A DNA stretch of 64,000 bases from Jatrophihabitans sp. Lineage in GTDB: Bacteria > Actinomycetota > Actinomycetes > Mycobacteriales > Jatrophihabitantaceae. The DNA lies in contig DASXYU010000085.1 in the NCBI GenBank assembly GCA_036502295.1, positions 387-64,386 of the forward strand. The letters are read 5' to 3'. Below the pieces are notes generated by a model that did not search any database, was not told the DNA's origin, and saw only the letters and a program-made list of their open reading frames with translations. Each line of letters opens with the position of its first letter. Positions within the stretch are counted from its first letter, which is position 1. Position numbers and translations under genes: made by a program. Below are positions 18,882 through 27,923 of this stretch, piece by piece.

Positions 18882-20108
18882 ATGTCGACGACGTATGACC
18901 CCACCGACCTGGCGCAACTGCGCGACCCCTACGCGATATTTGCGCAGATGCGTGCTGATGGTGGCGTGCATTGGTGTGAGCCGATTTCAGGCTGGATCGC
19001 GCTGGACTGGGCCAGTGTGCAGGCCGTGGTTGCAACACCGGCGGTGTTCTCCGCCAATCGGTTGTTGCCGGTCCACGAGCGGCTGTCGGAGGAGAAGCGT
19101 GCTTCGGCTGCGGACGTATTGCGCTGGTTGTCGCTGTGGATGGTCTTCCAGGACCCGCCGAACCACACCCGACTGCGCCGCTATCTGTCCACGGTGATCA
19201 ATCCGCGCATGGTCGAGTCGTTGCGGACCTCGATCACTGAGATCACCTCGGATCTGTTCGTCGGCCTACCGAAGGACCAGCCTGTCGACTTCTTCACCGA
19301 CGTTGCACTGACCCTGCCGGGTTACGTCGTAATGGATCTGCTCGGCGTGCCCCGCGACCGACTCGCTGAAGTCAAGCAGTGGTCCGACGAGATGATGCTC
19401 TTCATCGGCAGCTCGCGCGGCGTCGAGGATAAGTACGAGCGGGCCCGGCACGGCGCCTACTCCATGGCGGAACTATTCCGCCAACTCATCGATGAGCGCC
19501 GGGCGCATCCGCAGGAGGACGCCCTCACGCGGATGATCACTACCGAGATTGACGGCGAGACGCTCACCGAGGACGAGTTGATCGCGAGCATGATGATGAT
19601 AGGCAACGGCGCGCAGGACACCACCGCACACCTGTTGACCAACGGTTTGATCGCGTTGGACCAGCACCCGGAGGTCGCGGAGAAACTTGCTGCAGACCTC
19701 GACGGGCTCGTCGTCACCGCGGTGGATGAATTTCTTCGGTTCGACTCGCCGGTACTCTCCACAGGGCGTCTCCTGACGGCGGACACCGAGCTCGGTGGGC
19801 AGCGCCTCAAAGAGGGTGATCGGATCTTTGCGATGCTTGCGGCTGCCAACCGAGACCCTGCGGTCTTCGACTCTCCCGACGAGATCGTTCTCGAAGGCCG
19901 TCCGAACGGCCACCTCGCCTTCTCGAAAGGCGTGCATTTCTGTCTCGGTGCTCCGCTGGCCAGGCTCGAAGGGCAGATCGCGTTCAAGTACATGATCGAG
20001 CAGTTCCCCAAGCTGCAACTCGCCGAGTCGCTGGACTCGATTGCCTGGAACAACTCGCTGGTCAGCCGTGGCCCGATGCGACTGCCGGTTGTCCTTGGGG
20101 ACGCGTGA
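18882..20108 (+). CDS. Cytochrome P450
   Basis: Heme loop FSKGVHFCLGAPLARLE, I-helix GNGAQDTTAH, ExxR EFLRFD. GGAGA RBS 6 nt upstream of ATG 18882. Confidence 0.93.
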   Translation: MSTTYDPTDLAQLRDPYAIFAQMRADGGVHWCEPISGWIALDWASVQAVVATPAVFSANRLLPVHERLSEEKRASAADVLRWLSLWMVFQDPPNHTRLRRYLSTVINPRMVESLRTSITEITSDLFVGLPKDQPVDFFTDVALTLPGYVVMDLLGVPRDRLAEVKQWSDEMMLFIGSSRGVEDKYERARHGAYSMAELFRQLIDERRAHPQEDALTRMITTEIDGETLTEDELIASMMMIGNGAQDTTAHLLTNGLIALDQHPEVAEKLAADLDGLVVTAVDEFLRFDSPVLSTGRLLTADTELGGQRLKEGDRIFAMLAAANRDPAVFDSPDEIVLEGRPNGHLAFSKGVHFCLGAPLARLEGQIAFKYMIEQFPKLQLAESLDSIAWNNSLVSRGPMRLPVVLGDA

Positions 20109-21196
20109 ACGCTCCGTTAGTTGCGCGCGACGATGAGTTCGTCCATGCGAATCCCTACGCCGTCTCCCACCCGGCGTCGCCCGCCTCGAACGATCCGCGA
20201 TTCTTCGAGCGGTACTGGAATGTCTGGCACGACGACACGGGAGACCTGCTGCTAGCTGTGGGCGGCAGCTGCTATCCGGTGCTTGGCAGGGTCGAGTCGT
20301 ACGTGATCGTCAATTTTCGTGGCGAGCATCGCTCCGTTCGGTCCTATCGCCCGCTCTCGTCAGAGTCGGAGGACCTCGCAGTTGGGCCCGTGCGTCCTGT
20401 GATTCTCGAAGGGCTACGCCGGTGGCGTCACACTCTCGAGGACGGGGAGTGGGGGTTCTCTTACGACCTTGAGTGGGTCGATACCGCTCGCCCGACCTTT
20501 AGCGCCGCATGGGGGCCGGAGGTGGCGATCGGTGAGCGACAGGTGACCGCCGGCTTCGAGAGCTTCGGGCAGGTCACCGGTTCGATTCAGGTCGACGGCA
20601 CCCGTATCGAATGGGCGGCGGGTCAAGCACACGGCACTCGTGATCGCCACTGGGGTGTGGGCAGAGGGGTGGGTGGCCCTGCACTCAACGATGGCCGTGA
20701 GCACCGGCCGGGCTGGAAGGGCGGGATCTGGATCGACCTGCACGACGTCGGTCTCTGGGGCAGGAAGCTGCTCTATCGCCTCGATGATCCCCGTCCGGGC
20801 AGCGGATCGGTACGCGACGTGCAGCGGCGGCTGCGATTCGAACCGGAGACGCACCTGTTTCTGGAAGGAATCATTGAGCTGACCTTCGACGACGGCACCC
20901 ACCGCTCGCTGCACCTCGAGCGGCTGGGCAGCCAAATCGCTTTCATGCGCTGTGGCTTTTATGGCGGCACACCGGAGGAGGGGCTGCATCCCGGGGAGTA
21001 CAACGGCCCGCCGCGGACCGAGTGGGACCGATTCGACATCAGCGACCCGAAGGTCCGCCTCATGCTGCGAGGTCTGGACGAACACCACTGCCGTGTCACC
21101 GATGGCACGAGGACGACGACCGGCATCCTGCAACCGGTTGAGCCGGATGCATTCGAGGCTTGTCGCGAGGACCGTCCTGGCTGGGCTCTGTGGTGA
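20105..21196 (+). CDS. Conserved hypothetical protein (363 aa), translationally coupled to the P450
   Basis: GTG 20105 overlaps the P450 TGA (GTGA). Protein-like composition with a GTRDRHWGVG motif. I recognise no confident family. Confidence 0.7.
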   Translation: MNAPLVARDDEFVHANPYAVSHPASPASNDPRFFERYWNVWHDDTGDLLLAVGGSCYPVLGRVESYVIVNFRGEHRSVRSYRPLSSESEDLAVGPVRPVILEGLRRWRHTLEDGEWGFSYDLEWVDTARPTFSAAWGPEVAIGERQVTAGFESFGQVTGSIQVDGTRIEWAAGQAHGTRDRHWGVGRGVGGPALNDGREHRPGWKGGIWIDLHDVGLWGRKLLYRLDDPRPGSGSVRDVQRRLRFEPETHLFLEGIIELTFDDGTHRSLHLERLGSQIAFMRCGFYGGTPEEGLHPGEYNGPPRTEWDRFDISDPKVRLMLRGLDEHHCRVTDGTRTTTGILQPVEPDAFEACREDRPGWALW

Positions 21197-21313
21197 CTCT
21201 CTGCTTTGTACTGCCGGACAGAGACGGGTGTGACGCAGACCTCGTCATCGGCTTCGTTCGTAGTTACGGTCCATCCAGAGTGGGTCGAAAGACCCTGGAC
21301 CAGGAGATCACCC

Positions 21314-22882
21314 GTGAGCCTTAAGTACGACTTCTCGTTGATGTGTCCTGACGTGATTGCGCACAACGCACGAGTAAGTGCAGAGGCGATCGCTGTTGTC
21401 TTCGAGGACGAGCGGCTCACCTGGCGAGAGCTCGACGAACGGACGAACCGGTTCGCCAACATGCTCCGGGCAGAGGGACTCGACAAGGGCGACAAGGTTG
21501 CACTCTTCATCCCCGCCTCGTTGAACGCCTTCATCGCCTTTTGGGGCAGTGCCAAGGCCGGCTGCGTGACGGTGCCGTTGAACGTCATGCTCGACGGGGA
21601 GTCGCTGCTGCGTCTCGCGACCGACTCCGACTCGCTGGTCATGATCGCTGACGTGGAGACCGAGCCGATCCTCGATTCCATTCGTGCCCGGCTTCCGCAG
21701 ATCGAGGAGTCCCACTGGCTGACTTTCGGCGTGGCGCACGATCATTGGCGCTCGGTCGGGACTCTGCTGGCGAAAGCTCCCACGACGCCGTGCGCGGTGA
21801 AGATCCACCCGTCCGACATCATCACAATCCTCTATACCTCCGGTACCACTGGACACCCGAAGGGCATCGAGCACACGCACGTCAGCCGCATGATGTATCC
21901 GTACGGCTTCGCGATGGGCCTGAAGATCGATCGCTACTCGGTTGCCGTTCTCGGGACTCCGCCCTACGCCTCCGGCACTTGGATCACGATGATGCCGACC
22001 ATGTACCGCGGTGGCACCGTCGTCATTCTCCGGAAATTCACCGCCGAGGCGTTCCTCGCCGCCGTCGAGCGTGAGCGCGGTACCCATGCATTCCTCGTGC
22101 CGACGCAGTGGATCGCCATTCTTGAATACGCTGCGCTACGAAACCACGACGTGAGCAGCCTGCGCTGCATCGTCACCTCTGGTCAGCCGATCGCGGAGAA
22201 GACGTACCACGCGCTGGAGGAAGCTTTCCCGAACGCCGGCATCCACGAGGTTTACGGCTTCTCGGAGGGCTTCGCGACACTGCGACTGCCCGAAGACGCC
22301 GTCCACGGTAAACGCACCTCTGTCGGGAAACCGCTGATGTTGGAAGACATCCGCATCATCGACGAGAGCGGTGCTGAGCTGACCGCAGGGGAGAGTGGCG
22401 AGATCGTCGTGCATTCGATCGGCATGATGACCGGCTACTACAAGAACCCCGAACTGACCGACGAATCTACCTGGACCGCGCCAGACGGACGGGGATTCAT
22501 GCGCACCGGAGACATCGGTTCCTTGGACAAGGACGGCTTCCTCTACGTCTCCGGTCGACTCAAGGACATGATCAAGTCCGGCGGAATCAACATCTTCGCC
22601 GTTGACATCGAGCAGGTCTTCATGCACCACCCCGACGTCAGCGAGGCGGCAGCCATCGGCATACCGCATCTGAAGTGGGGTGAGACCCCCCTGGTGATCG
22701 TTATCCCGGTTCAAGGTGCCGACATCGATCCGGAAGAGCTCCGGCACTGGGCCAACGAGCGACTTGCCAAATATCAACGTGCCAGCCAGGTCATCGTTCG
22801 TACGGAGCTGCCGCGCGCGGTCTACGGCAAGGTCGCCAAGGCCGAGCTGCGCCAGGAGTTCGGTTGGGGAGTTGGCCTGTGA
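21314..22882 (+). CDS. Acyl-CoA synthetase / AMP-dependent ligase (FadD-like)
   Basis: AMP motif LYTSGTTGHPKG, and GDIGSLDKDGFLYVSGRLKDMIKSGG. AGGAGA RBS 7 nt upstream of GTG 21314. Confidence 0.92.
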   Translation: MSLKYDFSLMCPDVIAHNARVSAEAIAVVFEDERLTWRELDERTNRFANMLRAEGLDKGDKVALFIPASLNAFIAFWGSAKAGCVTVPLNVMLDGESLLRLATDSDSLVMIADVETEPILDSIRARLPQIEESHWLTFGVAHDHWRSVGTLLAKAPTTPCAVKIHPSDIITILYTSGTTGHPKGIEHTHVSRMMYPYGFAMGLKIDRYSVAVLGTPPYASGTWITMMPTMYRGGTVVILRKFTAEAFLAAVERERGTHAFLVPTQWIAILEYAALRNHDVSSLRCIVTSGQPIAEKTYHALEEAFPNAGIHEVYGFSEGFATLRLPEDAVHGKRTSVGKPLMLEDIRIIDESGAELTAGESGEIVVHSIGMMTGYYKNPELTDESTWTAPDGRGFMRTGDIGSLDKDGFLYVSGRLKDMIKSGGINIFAVDIEQVFMHHPDVSEAAAIGIPHLKWGETPLVIVIPVQGADIDPEELRHWANERLAKYQRASQVIVRTELPRAVYGKVAKAELRQEFGWGVGL

Positions 22883-23688
22883 CCGCGATCCGCTACCCCG
22901 ACTACGAGAGCCTTGAGCTGGACTGGCCTGAGCCGCACGTCCTTCGCGTGATGCTGAGCCGCGGCAAGATGAACTCGCTCGACTTCCAGATGCACCGTGA
23001 CCTCGGTTCGATCTGGCGCCTGATCGATGAGGATCCCGAAGTCTCGTCGGTCGTCCTGGGTGGCAAGGGACGCGCCTACAGCGCCGGTGGAGATTTCGAC
23101 ATGGTGCAGCGCATCATCGACGACTACGACTTCCGCTGCCAGATGTGGAAGGAAGGTCGAGCACTTGTGCAGAACATGCTCGACTGCGGCAAACCTATTG
23201 TGTCGGCGATAAGCGGAGCGGCAGCTGGCGGCGGCTTGGCCAGCGCACTCTTGGCCGATGTCAGCGTTGCCGGCCGTACGGCCAAGCTCGTCGACGGTCA
23301 CACCACCCTTGGCGTCGCTGCTGACGACCACGCCGTTGCGATTTGGCCGCTGCTGTGCGGACTGTCGAAGGCCAAGTACTACCTGATGACCAGCGATGCC
23401 ATCACGGGCGAGGAAGCCGAGCGCATCGGGCTGGTGACCTTCTGCGTCGAGGACGACTTGGTTGACAAGCGCGCGCTCGAGATCGCATCTCGGCTCGCCC
23501 ATGGGGCACCGAGCGCTATCCGGTGGACCAAGCAATCGCTCAACAACTGGGTTCGCGCCGCATGGCCGTCCTTCGAAGCCTCGCTAGCGTTCGGGATTCT
23601 CGGCTTTACCGGACCTGAGGCGGTCGAGGGGCTGGCAGCGCTACGTGAGAAGCGTCCCCCCAACTTTGCCCAGCGTTCCTACATCTGA
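22879..23688 (+). CDS. Enoyl-CoA hydratase/isomerase (crotonase family)
   Basis: The GTG start overlaps the upstream TGA (GTGA). Crotonase motifs YSAGGDFDMV and SAISGAAAGGG. Confidence 0.88.
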   Translation: MTAIRYPDYESLELDWPEPHVLRVMLSRGKMNSLDFQMHRDLGSIWRLIDEDPEVSSVVLGGKGRAYSAGGDFDMVQRIIDDYDFRCQMWKEGRALVQNMLDCGKPIVSAISGAAAGGGLASALLADVSVAGRTAKLVDGHTTLGVAADDHAVAIWPLLCGLSKAKYYLMTSDAITGEEAERIGLVTFCVEDDLVDKRALEIASRLAHGAPSAIRWTKQSLNNWVRAAWPSFEASLAFGILGFTGPEAVEGLAALREKRPPNFAQRSYI

Positions 23689-23700
23689 AAGTGAGCTGAC

Positions 23701-24507
23701 ATGCCCGATACAGCGGTGGTCCCGCCGACGCGACCGACCCTGGCCCTCAACGAGCGCACCTACATCGTCACCGGCGGCGGTGGCGGCATCGGCGGCGCGG
23801 CGGTCGCCAGGTTGCTGCGCGTCGGTTCGAACGTTGTCGCGGTCGACCTGAGTTCGCGCCGCCTCAACGGCACCGCCGAGGCCACGCGTGAGCTGCCGGG
23901 AGCGTTGCGGACGATCAAGGCCGACATCACCACAGAGGCCGGCGTTCAGGAGGCGGTCGACTTCGCGGTAACCGAGTTTGGCTCGGTACAGGGTGTGGCC
24001 AACGTCGCTGGCGGCATGGTCAACATCAACCGCGAGGTCTACGACGTGCCGCTGGAGTCCATCTCGCTGGACGACTTCGTCCAGATGTACGCGCTCAACG
24101 TGAACAGCGCCTTCCTCATGTGCCGAGCGCTGGAGAAGCACTTCATTGCGCAGGGCTACGGGAAGATCGTCAACGTGGCTTCGCTGGCCGCCTTCGCCAA
24201 CCGTCTTGAGCTTGGCAACGCCGCGTACAACTCTGCCAAGGCAGCGGTGATCGCCTTCACCCAGAGCGTGAGCATGCAGCTGGGGCGGCAGGGCGTACGC
24301 GCCAACTGCATCGCCCCCGGCCTCGTGCTCAGCGACCGTGTGCGCGAATGGATCGACGAGGGCTACCGAGACCGGCATCTCGCCTACACCGCACTCGGCG
24401 ACCTGCCCCGTCCCGAAGACCTCGGCGAAGGCATCGCGTTCTTCCTTGAACCCCAGTCCGACGCCGTCACTGGTGAGACCTTGCGAGTCGCTGCCGGAGT
24501 CCGATGA
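23701..24507 (+). CDS. SDR-family oxidoreductase
   Basis: VTGGGGGIGGAA, NVAG, catalytic YNSAKAAVIAFT. Confidence 0.9.
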   Translation: MPDTAVVPPTRPTLALNERTYIVTGGGGGIGGAAVARLLRVGSNVVAVDLSSRRLNGTAEATRELPGALRTIKADITTEAGVQEAVDFAVTEFGSVQGVANVAGGMVNINREVYDVPLESISLDDFVQMYALNVNSAFLMCRALEKHFIAQGYGKIVNVASLAAFANRLELGNAAYNSAKAAVIAFTQSVSMQLGRQGVRANCIAPGLVLSDRVREWIDEGYRDRHLAYTALGDLPRPEDLGEGIAFFLEPQSDAVTGETLRVAAGVR

Positions 24508-25514
24508 CCCCGTCTGTTCCGTCGAGTAACGCGGCGGCCGACTTGGCTGGCCGCGTTCAGGAGCTGCTGCGCCTGCGCCTGCCGCAAGCCCTTGACGTGA
24601 CCGTCTCCGAACCGGTGCGGGTGTTTGGCGGCAATGCCCGCATTGCATGGGCCTGTGATGCCTGCTGGACCTCAGCCGGAGACAACGATAAGCACGAGGA
24701 GCCGCTGATCCTGCTCATTCGAGCTGCCGGCTCGCAGGTTCAGACCGATCCCACCCGTGAGTTCTCGGCACTGGACGGTCTCGCCGAACGCGGCGTGCGT
24801 GCGCCCAGGGTGTGGGCGCACGACCCGGACGGACAACTGTTCGGAGCCCCCGCGGTGCTGCTGCAGCGGCTACCGGGACACACGGACGCCGTGGAGTACC
24901 TGTCGGCCGACTCCGAGCTGGGCCGGGCCCGCACACTGGATCTGGCCCGGGCGGCAGCCGAGCTGCACGCCGTTGAGCCCATCGCGCAATCGGAGCAACC
25001 GCAACTGGCGTACTGGCGGGCAGGATTCGAGGAGAGCCGTCTCGAGCCGCACCCGGCGCTGTCCTGGTTGTTCGACTGGCTCGAGGACAATGCAAGGCCG
25101 CCCGCGCGACGCGCGCTGGTGCACGGTGACTTCCGGCCCGGCAACGTCCTCTACGAAGGTGACCGCATCGTGGGGCTGCTGGATTGGGAGATGGCGCATG
25201 TCGGTGACCCGATCGAGGATCTGGCATGGGCCTATCACTCGCTGTGGAGCCCGGAGCGGTTCGTGCCGATCGCGGAGTTCGTCGGCGCGTACGAAGGGGC
25301 CGGAGGTATACCGGTCACCGAGGCGGCGTTGCGCTGGAACCGAGTCTTCTGCGAGGTGAAGTACGCCACGATCAGCCTGCAGGCAGCCCGAGCGGTCATC
25401 GATGGGCGCAGTCACAACCTGCGGTTGATCGACCGGGCCCGGAGCGTGATTCCCTCCATCCAGGTATGTCTGGAGTGGGTCGCAGCGAAGAAGCCACTGG
25501 AAGCCTCATGTTGA
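24504..25514 (+). CDS. Phosphotransferase-family (APH/ChoK-like) kinase
   Basis: ATGA overlap with the SDR gene. Catalytic loop HGDFRPGNVLY and LDWEMAHVGDPIEDLAW. Confidence 0.88.
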   Translation: MTPSVPSSNAAADLAGRVQELLRLRLPQALDVTVSEPVRVFGGNARIAWACDACWTSAGDNDKHEEPLILLIRAAGSQVQTDPTREFSALDGLAERGVRAPRVWAHDPDGQLFGAPAVLLQRLPGHTDAVEYLSADSELGRARTLDLARAAAELHAVEPIAQSEQPQLAYWRAGFEESRLEPHPALSWLFDWLEDNARPPARRALVHGDFRPGNVLYEGDRIVGLLDWEMAHVGDPIEDLAWAYHSLWSPERFVPIAEFVGAYEGAGGIPVTEAALRWNRVFCEVKYATISLQAARAVIDGRSHNLRLIDRARSVIPSIQVCLEWVAAKKPLEASC

Positions 25515-25975
25515 GGCCTACCCCGGGCGAGCTACTCGATGGACTCCGCCGCGAGCTTCGTGACGAGGTTCTGCCTTCTGTGCAGGGCGGCGCCGCGACG
25601 CGCCAGTTACGCGCTGCCATTCACATCCTCGGAAAACTTGCCGAGACGTGGGATGTGCAACATCGCTACGCGGAGACGGACAACCTGGACCTCGAGGTCA
25701 CACTGACCAACTTGGCACGCCTCGCCAATGTGGAGCGCACCAAACAGCCTTCGCTGCTGCAAGAGGCCGTACCAGGTGTCACGGACCGCGGGCTAAGCGA
25801 TCTCATCGCCCGCAACGAATCGCTACAACAGGAGCTCGAGCTGCTGCAGAGTCAGCACCGCGCCGCTGGACAAGCAGATGGCGAGTTCGGCCGAGCGCTC
25901 TTCGATCTACACGTGCGCCGGACGAACCGGGCAGCGAATGCCACAGGAATGAGCCATGACCCACGAAGCTCGTGA
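25508..25975 (+). CDS. Small hypothetical protein (155 aa) coupled to the kinase
   Basis: ATG 25508 overlaps the kinase stop (ATGTTGA). Helical, Leu/Glu/Arg-rich. No family recognised. Confidence 0.65.
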   Translation: MLRPTPGELLDGLRRELRDEVLPSVQGGAATRQLRAAIHILGKLAETWDVQHRYAETDNLDLEVTLTNLARLANVERTKQPSLLQEAVPGVTDRGLSDLIARNESLQQELELLQSQHRAAGQADGEFGRALFDLHVRRTNRAANATGMSHDPRSS

Positions 25976-26897
25976 CGTCGTAGTCACCAAACGGGTCCAG
26001 CACGCCCACGGTGTTGCCGGACTTACTCTCGCCGACCCCTCCGGCGCCGCCCTGCCTGAGTGGCAACCTGGTGCACATATCGACCTGATGCTGCCTGACG
26101 GCCGCGTCCGCCAGTACTCACTCTGCGGCAGCGACGGCGCCGCTTGGAACGTCGCGGTGCTCAATGCCCCGGATGGCCGCGGCGGCTCGGCATGGATCCA
26201 CGACAACATCCACGAAGGCGACGTGATTCGGATCCGTGGTCCACGAAACAAGTTTCCACTTGCGCCCGCACAGCGGTACGTCTTCATCGCTGGTGGCATT
26301 GGCATTACACCGATCATTGCCATGGTTCGCGAGCTGGAGCAGCGTGGTAACTCGAACTGGCGGCTCACCTACGGCGGCAGATCCCGCTCATCGATGGCGT
26401 TCCTCGACGAGCTCGAGGCGATGGGGGAGCAGGTAACCGTCACGCCGCAGGACGAGAGCGGACTCATCGACATCCAGGTCGCATTGGGACAACCGCAGAT
26501 CGGGACCGCGGTCTACTGCTGCGGTCCGGAGCCTCTGCTGCAGGCGATCGACCGGGCGTGCCGCTCCTGGCCACCGGGAACGTTGCACGTCGAGCGATTC
26601 ACTCCAGTGGAGATCGATACCGCCGGCGACTCGGCCTTCGAGGTGGTTGCCGAGCGATCCGGGATTACCCTGACCGTTCCGGCCAGCGTCAGTATCCTCG
26701 ATGCGCTCGCCGACCAGGGCGTCTACGTCGCCACCTCGTGCGGCGAAGGCGTCTGTGGCACGTGCGAAACCAAGGTGCTGGAAGGCGAGGTTGACCATCG
26801 AGACTCGCTGCTGAGCGAGCAGGAGCGCGCCGCCAACACAGTGATGATGGTGTGCTGCTCCCGCGCCCGCGGAGCACGTCTCGTCCTTGACGTCTGA
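25956..26897 (+). CDS. PDR/VanB-family oxidoreductase (flavin + NAD(P)H + C-terminal 2Fe-2S ferredoxin)
   Basis: RQYSLCG flavin motif, GGIGITP, and plant-type ferredoxin cluster CGEGVCGTCETKV...CCS. Confidence 0.9.
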   Translation: MTHEARDVVVTKRVQHAHGVAGLTLADPSGAALPEWQPGAHIDLMLPDGRVRQYSLCGSDGAAWNVAVLNAPDGRGGSAWIHDNIHEGDVIRIRGPRNKFPLAPAQRYVFIAGGIGITPIIAMVRELEQRGNSNWRLTYGGRSRSSMAFLDELEAMGEQVTVTPQDESGLIDIQVALGQPQIGTAVYCCGPEPLLQAIDRACRSWPPGTLHVERFTPVEIDTAGDSAFEVVAERSGITLTVPASVSILDALADQGVYVATSCGEGVCGTCETKVLEGEVDHRDSLLSEQERAANTVMMVCCSRARGARLVLDV

Positions 26898-26931
26898 CCC
26901 GCCCCGCTGACCCTCGCTCGCCCGCACGGCC

Positions 26932-27657
26932 TCAGCCCACGATTCGCCGAAGCAGTTCTTGCCCGTCGGTCAGATCGTCCAGCACGAGGTCTGCTCCGCA
27001 TGCGCCTAACGCTGCTGCGCTGAATCGTCCGGTCGCCACTAAGGCGCAACTGATGCCGAGCTCGTGGGCGCAGGCCGCGTCGCGCGGTGTGTCACCAACT
27101 ATCCAGCATTGTCGCGCGCCGCCGGGCCAGCCTGAATCGAGCAGGTGCTGAAGCGCGACCAACGCCGCTCCCACGCGGTGTGGGGCAGAGTCGCCGAAGC
27201 CGCCGAGGTCGGCGTCGAGGTGTGCTGACAGACCAGCTGCGTCGAGCTTGAGCCGTGCCACGGTCTCAATGTTCCCGGTGAGCACAGTCTGGACGACACC
27301 CCTCTGCTGCAGGCCCCGCACGACCTCCAGGACGCCATCCAGCGGGTGAATCGACGCGGCCACGAGCGTGCTGTTCACGTCTGCCAGGCGGGTGAACTCG
27401 CTGATCACTGTGGCAACCTGCGACTGACGACCGCCGGCAGATCTCACCAGCAGACTGGCGATCTCAGGGTCCATCCGACCGCCGAGATCAACGTCGTCGG
27501 GAATCGGCCGCCGCTCGCAGACGAGTTCGACAGCATCCAAGAAGAGTTCGGCGACTTGCCCTGCTGGTGCGAGCAGCGTGCCGTCGACATCCCATAGGAC
27601 GGCCGGTGACCCGCTCTGCGCAGTGACGACGCGCCTGCGCCAACCATCGAGATCCAA
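26932..27657 (-). CDS. HAD-family hydrolase
   Basis: Motif I VLWDVDGTL and motif IV VGDTPRD. The proposed TTG start 27657 has a GGAAGGA RBS. The Arg-rich extension to 27930 was rejected. Confidence 0.75.
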   Translation of the reverse strand: MDLDGWRRRVVTAQSGSPAVLWDVDGTLLAPAGQVAELFLDAVELVCERRPIPDDVDLGGRMDPEIASLLVRSAGGRQSQVATVISEFTRLADVNSTLVAASIHPLDGVLEVVRGLQQRGVVQTVLTGNIETVARLKLDAAGLSAHLDADLGGFGDSAPHRVGAALVALQHLLDSGWPGGARQCWIVGDTPRDAACAHELGISCALVATGRFSAAALGACGADLVLDDLTDGQELLRRIVG

Positions 27658-27923
27658 CGTTCCGTTCCTTCCGCCTACCTTCTTGGGCGCTGGTGCTGGC
27701 AATGCACCTGAGCTTCGTCCACGACGCTGTGATCGGACGCATCGCGTGTTTGTGCCTGACTCCAAGACACCAGACCAGGGTGGCTGTCCTCTGCCTCTGG
27801 CAGACGGTTTCATAGGCCCTGCAGTCGGCCGCGCCGAAGTCTTCGCGAGTCTGTCCCGTTCCGTCGCCATCTCTTCTCCGATTACCACGATCAACCGCCC
27901 GACACCTGATTGGAGACGCCGCG

